DNA from: Carcharhinus amblyrhynchos | Lineage: Eukaryota | Direction: 5' to 3' | Length of the DNA stretch: 64,000 nucleotides | Assembly: GCA_965287045.1 (NCBI GenBank) | Contig: OZ336886.1 | Location: 23,622,001-23,686,000, forward strand | Shown: positions 53,586 through 64,000 of the stretch, piece after piece | Numbering within the stretch: position 1 is the first letter of the stretch | Layout: each line of letters opens with the position of its first letter | The notes under the pieces: generated by a model | Databases searched by the model: none | What the model was told of the DNA's origin: nothing | The model's input: the letters and a program-made list of their open reading frames with translations, nothing else | Position numbers and translations under genes: made by a program

Positions 53586-56500
53586 ATTTATTTATATCAA
53601 TATGTACATACAATCTACTTGTCAGAACGCAGAATGAATTTCTGGGGGTAAACAGATAAGGGCAATTTCAAAGCCAGTATACAGATCAAAAAAGATTCAA
53701 TTTAAGGTTTCACCATAGGAAAAACAACCAAATTGGTATTTAATGCAACCCGCAGAAACGATTTACAAAACTTTCTGCAGAGCTCTGAATGCAAAGTATA
53801 AGTATCCTTAGTAAACTGTCTACCAACTATTTTATGCCAAACTGGCACTAAAAATAAAAAAAAAATCAAAACTCTAAAAAATTACAGTTCTCAAATTGAA
53901 TATTTTACTTGAGCTGGTTAAAAACTGTTTTAAATCAAGCTATTTTCTTTATTCACGAAACATTATGCATGATAGCATTTTCTCTGGTTTGCTGCATTTT
54001 TAAATTTCAGGTTTAAAATATTCATTATTGCCATTAGATTACATGAAATCACACTGGCGGAAATTAAAGGACATAGAAGTGAGTGAGTACAGAACACAAA
54101 AAAACCTTTGCAAGAAATAAAAACTGAAGTATTTATCATTTTAAAAATATTTTAAAAAATAATTACAAATTTTCCCTTGCCAAGAAGTAACTTAATGAAT
54201 CCGGAATGTTTGGAGAGGTGGGGGGAGGTGGATAGGTTTCTAGATCACTATGATACATAAATTAAATATTTAACATCTGAAAGTCAAGGGCTTAAATCGC
54301 CTATTATTTGCTATAAGCTGTAAGTAAATAAGACAAAAACAATAATTTCCTTTTACACCTACCATTAAGTTTAGTAAGTGAAAGCGCTTGTTATAAATCA
54401 TGCTTTTAAAAGACATGACCCATGTGATTGCTAATCTTGAGGCTGACATACTACTCAGGTGTATCTCAGATATGTACCTATTTTTTTCCCTTGCAGTGAC
54501 CCAGTACTTCATCCATTTAAGAAGTGTCAGTCCCTTATAACTAAGGCCCGAGTTCAAATGATTCAGATGATAAAGTGTCACCCTGTGGCCCTGATCTTCA
54601 GATTTACAGCTTCCATAGAAACACATTCACTTCCATCCTATGACTTTCCTGTTAATGCCTATGATACCATCTATCTCTGCTGAGATACTTTTACAATGTC
54701 AAAGATATCCTTTGCTTATTTTGCCTGCAGAATTTACCGTTCAAAATACCATTCTTCATTGACTTTAGACATCTTTACTTAGCCTCTTCCTAGTATTGCC
54801 TTTCTCACGTAGTTCAGAATTGGGTGACAAATGCAATGCCCTACGGAATTGTTTTTACAAGCTGGGGGAAAAAAAAATAAAGGAAATGACCATTATCCAT
54901 ATCTGAATGCCGCCATAAACAATTCAAACTTTAATTGCCTTTTAACAGATTACAGCATGTATAGTTGGTTACTGGAAAAAAATATATATCCTGAACTTTG
55001 ATCAGCAATGGTATACTGAAAAGAATGCTTGTCGGTGAAATTATTTACAGAAGTTGCTTTGATTATCCAAATTCAAACATGAGGAACAATATAAACTTGC
55101 TGACTTTTATCTTAGAAAATATCCAACATCTGATAAATAAATGTTGCTCTCTGCTGAGAAACTAAAAAGCTTTTAAACAGGTTTTCTGTTTAAAAAATTA
55201 CAATCTTCAGCTAATGCAGAATAAATGACAGCTAAGTTTTAAACATTGCGTGGCTAAATAATGCACTATTAAAACATTACTGAAATGAAGGCTGATTTAC
55301 AAGAGTTCAGATGAATTATTTTATAAAGAGCAAAGGCAATTGTTTTCAGCTCTTGGTATTCTCCATGTACTTTGGATTATATAATGATACACCATAATCT
55401 TTACAATTTGATGATTACCTGGTACGCTGTATATCAATGACTAAATGAAAACTGCGCAGTGTAACAAATTGTACTGTAACAAATTAATTTTAAATTATAC
55501 TTTAATACCAACAAAAAATCCATACATATACGTTGTATAGGCAACAAGGTACTTATCACATTAATTTCTCAACTCTAAAATAGTCCAATATTGTCTAAAC
55601 CCTTTTATCAAGTTATACAATCGTTTGGATCTTATAGCGTACGACTGATTTTGGGGAGGGGAACCAAATAACCCTTTCAGCAGGATCAGTTTAATTGAAT
55701 TCGGCCAAAAACTGAATGACTAAAAATCACACTTTACTTAAGTATATTAAGGATAAGTATTAGGTTCTCAAAAAAGTTCTTACAATATGCCAAAATTATG
55801 TATATTTTATCCAAATTATAACTAAGTAAAACATAACACGACAATGGCTTGTATGCATGCTTGAGAAATTTTCAAAACACTTGACATGTTTGGAATTGGC
55901 TTGAGATTTCGCCCGATCAGCCACCATAATTTTGGCAAAATTCAGGCAAAGATTTTACGGTATGCAACTAATAATTTGCAGGTTAGGCAATTAAACATTG
56001 TTATAAATTATTTATTTCTCCGAATTTGATTTCTTCCCCTTCATATCATTTTTTAAGGGTTTTAATTTCCAGCTTCTGTTTATAGAACATTGTGACTCTC
56101 GCAAATAATTCAATTTTAAAACTGTCAAAAGCAAGAAAGAACAGTGAAAGAAGTTTTAAACATTTCCTGCTGTCTTAAGTGAGTCTGGCACATTTTCCGG
56201 TATTACTATCCACTACTGTGTAGCAGCTGTAATAAGAAACAGAAAAGAGGGCTAACACTTTAACAGCTGGTAGCAGTGAAGAATTGTCTCTAACCAACAT
56301 ACTATCTCAGTAAAAGTAGTTGAATAGGAAACCTGCAATTTAATAGATGAGACTGATGATCCCTATCATTCTGGACTCAATTGCAATGGTATCCGGTATG
56401 AAATATCTGAAGCAGACATAGACGATTAAATTGGAAATAGCAAATGGCAGGGTGATTGGAAGTCTGGTAAATTATGGCTCATTCTTGTTCCTACCTCCAC

Positions 56501-57004
56501 CTCTCCATTTTATTGCTTCCAAGCTACCAATAAGGATATAATACTAAAGAGTTTCCTGAAGTGGTGTGAAATCGTCACATTGTAAGTTACATTTCTAGGT
56601 GATTTGGTTGTACTTAAATACCATTTGCAACAACAGCTAGTACACAGTGCAGGAATATAATCATCACTAGCAGATAAATGATTTTTATTAAAAGGCAATT
56701 TGCCATGATCTTAATTGTTACAATCTAAAGAGAAGGTGGGGTCAAAAGTGGATGTGGCGGAGCTATGTAAAACATGAAACAGCACAGGCAAAGTAAATCA
56801 AGGTTACCAGTTAAAAGCCTGAAAAATAAAACTAGAGACGACATTTATAAATTAGGGAATGTTTTTATTTAGAATCATTTTTAATAACTCTCGTAACACG
56901 CACCACCCAAGAAGCTGAATAGCATCCAGAGCAAAGCAACCCACTTATTTGGCAAACACTCCACAATCTCTAGACCCCTTAGACAATATCCTTCAAACTC
57001 ACAA

Positions 57005-58455
57005 CAGCAGTGCTGTTAGGCAGGGAGCTCCAGGATTTTGACCCAGCAACAGTGAAGCTACAGTGATGTATTTCCAAGTCAAGTTGGTGAATGCCTTGGA
57101 GAGGAACTTCCTGGGGGTGGTTCCCCCATGTCTGCTATCCTTGTTCGTCTAGATTTGTAATGGTTGTGGATTTCGAAGGTGCTGTTTAAGGAGCCTAGTT
57201 GAGTTCATGCCGTGCATTTGTAGAGGCTACACATTGCTGCTGTTGCGCTTCGGTGGTGGAGAGAATGATGTTTTGTGGAGAAGTTGCCAAGGAAGTGGAC
57301 CAGATGGTGTTCAGCTTCTTGAGTGTTTTTCGAACTGTACTTATTCAAGCAAGTGGAGAGCATTCCATCACAATTCTGATTTGTGCCTTGTAGAGTGTGG
57401 ACAGGTTTTGGGGAATCAGGAGGTGAATTACTCACCACAGGATTCCTAGCTTCTGACCTGTTCTTGTAGCCACAGGATTTACATGACTAGTCCAGTTCAG
57501 TTCCAGGTCAATGGCAACCCCCAGGATATTGATAGTGGGATTTTCAGTGATGGGAATAACATTGAACGTTAAGGGTCAAAGGTTAGGTTCTCTCTTGTTG
57601 GAGGTGGTTGGAGATTGTGCAACACAAGTGCCAGGCAATTATTACTTGTCACTTGTCAGCCCAAGCCTAAATATCGTCCAGGCCTTTTTGCATTAGGACA
57701 CAGATTACTTCAGTGTGAGAACTCATGAATGGTGTTGAACTTTGTTCAGTCATCAGTGGACATCCTCACTTCTGATGTTGCTATGGTAGGAAGATCATTG
57801 ATGAAGCAGCTGAAAATCATTGGGCTTAGGACACTACTCTAAGGTATTCTCATAGTGATGTCCTGGACCTGCAATGATTGACCTACAACAACTACAACTG
57901 TCTTCTTTTGTGCCAGGTATGACTCTAATCAGCGAAGAGTTTTACCCGATTCCCATTAACTCCTGTTTTATTAGGGCTCCTTTTTACCAGATTTGGTCAA
58001 ATGCTACCTTGATGGCAGGGCATCTTACTCTCATCTCTGGAGTTCAGCTCTTTTGCCAACGTTTAAACCAAGGCTGTAATAAGGCCAGGAACTGAGGGCC
58101 CTGGTGGAACCCAAACTAATCATCAGTGAGCAGGTTTTTGCTGAGGAAGTGCTGCTTGATAGCATCACTGATGATCCCCTCCATCATTTTCCTGATGATC
58201 AAGTGTAGACTGATGGAGTAATAATTGGCCAGTTTGGATTCATCCCTCATTTTGTGGGCAGGCCAAATCTGGGCAGTTTTCTACATTGCTGGTTAGATCT
58301 CAGTGTTCCAATAGTACTGAAACAGCTTGGCTGAGAATGCAGCAATTTCTGGAGCACATCCTCAGTACTATTTTTGGAATATCGTCAAGGCCCATAATAT
58401 CCAGTGCTTTCAGCCATTTCTTGATAGCATGTGGAGTGAATCAAATTGGCTGAAA
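57005..58455 (-). mobile_element. CR1/L2-group LINE RT and 3' region
   Basis: Reverse complement of 57795-57850 gives a GVPQGSVLGPxIFSCFIND-like motif; tttggtcaaatgctaccttgatg gives IKVAFDQI. Confidence 0.85.
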
Positions 58456-58634
58456 ACTGTCAGGGCCAGATTCAATACTAACTTTAAAAAAGGAAGTGGA
58501 TAAATATTTGAATTAGGAAGATAGACAGTGATATGCATAGGGAGATAAAGAAGGCTTTTGAAATAATTAATTAAATCTTTGAATAAGCTGGTTCCGATTC
58601 AATGGACTAAATTGCCTCTTTCTATGCCATATTG

Positions 58635-59515
58635 TGTGTTAGGAAATAAAGATGGTGAAGTAATTGATATTCACATTATGCGTTAGGAATAATGCCACAT
58701 ATTGAAGTTTAAGTTGAATTTTAAGCCGAATTTGTGTTTTTGTATTCGTGTGCTAAGAAAGGGTTAAAACTTCCGTTTAACTTCATGTTAAGCAAAGGTG
58801 CCTACAAGTCTGTAGATTTAGGTTCACTTTAAATTTTGCAGGCATTGTGACGACGAAGGTTTTACAACGTAAAGGTAATTAGAGTTTTTTTTAAAAAAAC
58901 TAAGTTGTTGCTTAGTAGCCAGAGACCCATACTGAAAATCAAAAAGCTTTACTTTCAGTCTGGAACCAGGCAACCCAGAGCAAGAAGCATTCCACGGAAA
59001 CTGTTAGAACAGACATTACAACGTAGAGGAATAGAAAGTAAATTCCAGAATCTAAAGAACAGAAACTAACTGCACATCTGGAATGAAAGAGTTCATTGAA
59101 TCAAAGAATCCCTACAGTGCAGAAGGAGACCATTTGGCCCATCGAGTCTGCACTGACCACAATCCTACCCAGGCCCTATTCCCATCACACCACATATTTA
59201 CCCTGCTAATCCTCCTGAAACTAGGGACAGCTTATCATGGCCAATCAACCTAACCTGCACATCTTTGGAGTGTGGGAGGAAACCGGAGAAAACCCATACA
59301 AACACAGGGAAAATGTACAAATTCCACACAGACAGTGACCCAAGCCGGGAATCGAAACCGGGTCTCTGGTGCAGAGAGGCAGGAGTGCTAACAACTGTGC
59401 CACCCACAGTGACACAGTAGTTGGTGTATTTTGGTCAATCATTTTTCATCTAATAAATGTTTTCCTCTTTTATTGAAAGTTCATCAGTTGTCCTGTGACT
59501 ATTTGTCCACGTATC
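58635..59515 (+). mobile_element. Possible LTR-like remnant interrupted by a SINE
   Basis: Composition and an aataaa near 59452 resemble the LTR at 51972; termini and TSD not resolved. Confidence 0.3.
59100..59406 (-). mobile_element. Full-length HE1-like V-SINE
   Basis: Reverse complement of the element at 38495-38836. Confidence 0.92.
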
Positions 59516-61479
59516 TCACCCTGGGATTTGACTTGTGCAGTAGTAACTCTTCCCGGAACTCAGTGTCTTCTTTTTAGAATGGAAGCTGTTGCAGTCCTTA
59601 AAGGGTTACTGTTAAAATTATTTTCACTTTCGCACTATACTGTGAAATTTACTGCAAATTGTGCATGATTGAATTACCTACCATACATCTAGAGAATTTC
59701 TTAAATTACACAGGGTTGAGGTTCAAGTGGTTGAGCGCTTAACTCCCAGCAAGAGGTTTGAAATCCTAAATTACACAACTGCCTGTCTGTCCAATTTCCT
59801 TGCCTTGGTTGGGTGAGTTTTGTCAGGTCTTGGCCAGGCTGCAGGTTACAGTACGAAGTGGAGGGAGCTGTTCCATCCTGGTGAGGAAAAACTGATATGT
59901 ACCAGCTTGCAATGCTTGAATTACACCTCCTGCTGGTTTATCAAGAGAAAGTATTGACAAATACACAATGGAGAAGACTGCAACCGTGACCACTGTTTCC
60001 CCTCTGCTAGAGCATGGCAAGACTATCAAGAAGAAAAAACATTTTAAAGGGGGAGGAAAAAACAGGACAGGGACTGCAAATATAAAGTAAGCATCTGGAC
60101 CTGTGGACCAAGTGGATAGCGCTTTTTCAAAATATTTCACTCCACTGGACTTTGCATATCCTCCATTCCATCAGTCAAGCAGTGAGGTAGGCACACTTTT
60201 GTGATGTAAACTATGGGGATCCTATTAGAACACATCTGCTTCCTAGCATTACTGCCAGTATGATCAGTCGGTTTCCATCACGTCTTGTTCTAATTCCACC
60301 CTCCCATCCCACCCCCACAATATCTGCTGAGATTTGTTCTGTTTGTCATCTTTTAGAACTCATTCAAGGAGAAAACCTTTGATGGAACAAAACATTGATC
60401 CTCCACCGCCGCCACCCTCACCATCAAAACTCAGAATATTCTAGAGGCACATACTTTCCATGAAAATACTTACAAACTATGACAAACAGTTGTGTAGAGT
60501 AACAGTTACAAGCAAAGCTGACACTAGAAAAGCAATTTTAAACAATATTTATATTTTGCAACCACAGAGATGTGGGTTTTCACCACAAGCCACTTTGAGT
60601 AGACTTGCTGAGTGTGAGACATGAACAGGGCATCCATGCTGTGATCACAAAACAGCCAGCGAGGATCCAAGTTTTGGTAACAATAACCACAAAGGTACTG
60701 ATATCATAAAGACCTGAAGCCACTCATTGATCAGAAACAATTAATTTAAATTCTGCAAAACAGTGATACCCGGGAAGAAAATAAAACAAAACAATTTAAC
60801 TTTTTCCTGTATTTTCATTCTGGCTAACGCTTCCGCCTCAATATTTTTCATTCAGCTCTGCATTTTTCCCCTTTGCCCTACTTCTCATTTTTTTCTTACT
60901 CATGCTTTCTTTTGACAGCTACTTCTTTGTTGTGCATTTCTTAATTAGTAATTCATAACTTAGTCTTTTGCTTTTCTTTCTAGTTCCTTCATCTGTCTCG
61001 TCTATTTGCCTCCTACTTGCCTTGATTACATTTCTGCGCTTCCCGTTGCATCTTTTTCTGTTTTCCCAATGCATCAAGCAAACCACAAAAGCACATGCAA
61101 CAGCTGAATTCCATTATAAACTCCAGATTACAGACAGCGCTGACTTACAGTTAATTATCATGCACCAAAGCATTCAAATAAGAAGTGTTCAAGGTGGAGC
61201 ACCTATAAACTTACACTCTAGTCAAGCAACCTTATGTTAAAACATCTGAAACTACCTAATAGTTCCAAAAATGCATTTATAAACTCTTTTTCACAGAATA
61301 TATTAGGTTCTAGCTAATACACAGAAAAGATTACAAACTAATTGCCATCAACACTTTTATACAAAATGAGTAATGTCTGAACCCGGAGAAAAAAATACAG
61401 ATATATGATTATATCATTAAATTCTATGCATAAAAATGGAATATCCATGGTTAGCAAAAAATAAAATATTAAGTCCTAC

Positions 61480-62020
61480 TTGTCATTAATAATAAATGAG
61501 GATAAAAAAGGTTGTACAAGATTTATTGGTGAGAATATTATGATTTATGACTTGATGTTTTGTACAGAAGCGCACAACTTACCAGGTATCTGCCTGTTAC
61601 ATGACTTTGAAAAAGCATATGCATCTGTGGCATTTTTCCTCACACTACAGGCCTTTTATATTTTTAAACTTCAAACCTTTTATATGCAGATGGCTCAGCA
61701 ATTTCTTTTACAACAAATGTCACATTTTTATGCTAATATAAATGGCCAAGCATATTGTGAGTATTCCACTTCAATATTGCTGCAGCGATTTCTGCTGTGC
61801 TGTGAAATTCATATGTTTATGACTAAAAGGAGGTCTGATCAACTGAATTTGAAAGCACAAAGCAGACGGTGAAACATTCAGTCCCTGTAGTGATGACATA
61901 ACTAGGTAATTTCTTGATGGCATACAAGCACTAAGTTCGAAGGAAGAACTGTTCAATTATGTATTAATTCATATCAGGCATAAAAATAAATCCAAAGAAT
62001 CACAAAGTTGTTTGAATCCG
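61480..62020 (+). mobile_element. Ancient L1/Tx1-clade RT relic
   Basis: RFIGENIMIYDLMFCTEAHNLPGICLLHDFEKAYASV matches GRxIxDN...DFEKAFDSV; downstream gatgacataact (DD region) and tcaggcataaaaataaat (SGxKIN). Confidence 0.75.
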
Positions 62021-62754
62021 AGAACATAATGGAATCACAAGCCATCATACTGATCACTGTTGAATGTTAGAAAAGTGATTTATCTGCCATCGCTACACAG
62101 TTGAACAACATGGATATTGTATGGGAGTTATGTTGAATTCTGCAACATAATCCAATTGTTTTTATCTCCCTTATGTACAAAAGTTCATGAACACAATCAT
62201 GAGTTTAGCTACTTTTGAGTAGCAATAAATTTCTGATAGCACAGATGCCCAGTTCTCATTCACAACAAACAATAAACTACAATAAGATTTAAAATACTTC
62301 CTTCATCTCAGTGATCACCTCACACTCCAGCTAAGCTCCACCCAATAACACCTTTCACATCTCAAGCATCTTGTATTGTGAAATATTGCTCAGGAGGGCA
62401 GTGACTGTTAAGAAGGCAAAAATAGTAATCATTCTCCATCACTCATCCTTCCACCACACGCCATGAAATGAATTGTTGTTCAATCTTTTTGCAAGTATTA
62501 TTACTTGAGAGGAGAAGTTGGTCAGGACACAGATCTCCCTGTTCTCTCAACTGTGTCATGGGATCTTCAACTTCTACCGGAACCATTTGAATAGTCAGTT
62601 GGGGGTTCAAGTTAATGTTTCGTTAAAGACAGTGCATTCAACAATGCCAGAAATGTCAGCGTAAGTTATCCCCTCAATCCCTTTGGCGGGACTCAAACTC
62701 ACAACCATCTGACATGGAAGTATGAACTGAATCATGCTGACACCTCAATTGGCT

Positions 62755-62910
62755 AAGAGCAAAGAAAATTACAGCAAAGGGACAGGCCCTTGGATCCTCC
62801 AAGCTTGCTCCGATCAAGCTGCCCATCTGAACTAAAACCCCCTACCATTCCAGGGACCATACTCCTCTATTCCCATCCTATACATGTACTTGTCCAGATG
62901 CCTCTTAAAG
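62755..62910 (-). mobile_element. CR1 3' end
   Basis: Same terminus as 3990-4145. Confidence 0.85.
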
Positions 62911-63054
62911 ATTTGCCTTAAACAACATAAACAAATTAATACGAGAAACAATAAAGAAACAATAAAGGGTTCACACATCCGGGCGTTAAAAGTTAAAAAC
63001 TACACTTATCTACTTAAAATCTATAATAAGAAGCTGAAATATTGTCATAAAATA

Positions 63055-64000
63055 GGTCTTTTTCTGATTAACAGGCAGTACTAGTGGGGTACCGCAGGGA
63101 TCTGTGCTAGGACTCCAATTGTTCACATTGATATATTAATAATTTGGAAACAGGAACTGAATGTATTATCTCCAAATTTGCAGATGATACAAAGTTGGGT
63201 GCAAGGGTGAGCTGTAAGAAGAATATGATTTTGATAGACTGAGTGTGTGGGCATATGCGTGGCAGATGCAGTATAATGATGATGAATGTGAGGTTATCTA
63301 TTTTGGTAGCAATAATAGGAAGACAGATCATTACCTGAATCGGTGTAAATTGAGAGAGATGGATACTCAGCGAGACCTTGGTGCCCTCGTGCATCAGTAG
63401 CTGAAAGAAAGCGCACAGGAACAGCAAATTGCAAAGAAAGTAAACAGTATGTTGGTCTTCAAAGGGAAAGGATGAGAGTATAGGGATAGGGATGTTTTGC
63501 TGCAATTGTATAGGCCATTGGTGAGGCCACACCTGGAATATTGTGTGCAGTTTTGGTGTTCTTATCTGAGGAAGGATGTCCTTGCTAAAGAGGGAGTACA
63601 CTAAAGGTTTACCAGGCTGATCTCTGGATTGACAGGTCTGTCATATGAAGAAAAACTCAGTCAGTTAGGATTATATTCCCTAGAGTTTAGAAGAGAGAGA
63701 GAAAATCTCACAGAAATTTAAAAAATTCTAACAGATTTTTGGGATTGGACAGAGAGGGGACAGGTCTCCTTTTCTTCTTGCTCTGCCTCTTTTCGCCTGG
63801 CAAACATCCAACCCTTGTTGTTCTTTGTAATGCCTTGTCCTTATATTGTGGTTTGTTGTCCCGAGTTCTTCCATTTTCATTCATGTTAGTCTTTTCTTGT
63901 GCAGAGTTGTGGACACGTGGGGTTGTTCATGGAGTACAGGTTAGACAGGGTAGATTCAGAAAGAATGTTCACTTTGGTGGGAAAGTCCAGAACTAGGGGT
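63055..64000 (+). mobile_element. CR1 LINE RT/3' region with a ~200-bp insert at about 63738-63935
   Basis: ggggtaccgcagggatctgtgctagga (GVPQGSVLG); aaatttgcagatgatacaaag (KFADDTK); LYRPLVRPHLEYCVQFW; acag flanks the insert on both sides. Confidence 0.92.

Noticed and set aside
63107-63601. 164-aa minus-strand ORF and similar ORFs overlapping LINEs
   Set aside because: Antisense readings of CR1 RT sequence.
1-64000. Prokaryotic systems (CRISPR arrays, operons), tRNA or rRNA genes
   Set aside because: No regularly spaced repeats or gene-dense tracts; tRNA-like boxes all belong to SINE heads.

Overview
AT-rich, repeat-dense vertebrate DNA. The repeat set (HE1/V-SINEs, Deu-domain SINEs, CR1, L2, RTE, Tx1 and Penelope remnants) points to a cartilaginous fish, probably a shark. 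The only convincing host coding sequence is a 140-nt minus-strand exon at 44476-44615 encoding the N-terminal domain of MGMT (O6-methylguanine-DNA methyltransferase), equivalent to human exon 2. No other MGMT exon was recognised, so the rest of the window is interpreted as the two large flanking introns. In mammals MGMT introns carry conserved non-coding elements of the EBF3 regulatory block. Most ORF-track entries are transposon relics or chance ORFs. Two features stand out: (1) a ~290-bp poly(A)-tailed insert at 46127-46416 built from two U2 snRNA 5' fragments plus two repeated stem-loop modules, a candidate U2-headed SINE or non-autonomous U2-targeting retroelement; (2) a perfect 84-bp-arm palindrome at 39794-39971 with a flanking duplication and a minimal hammerhead ribozyme core, typical of Penelope-like elements. 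Repeat family names come from recognition of motifs, not from a database search, and most repeat boundaries are approximate.
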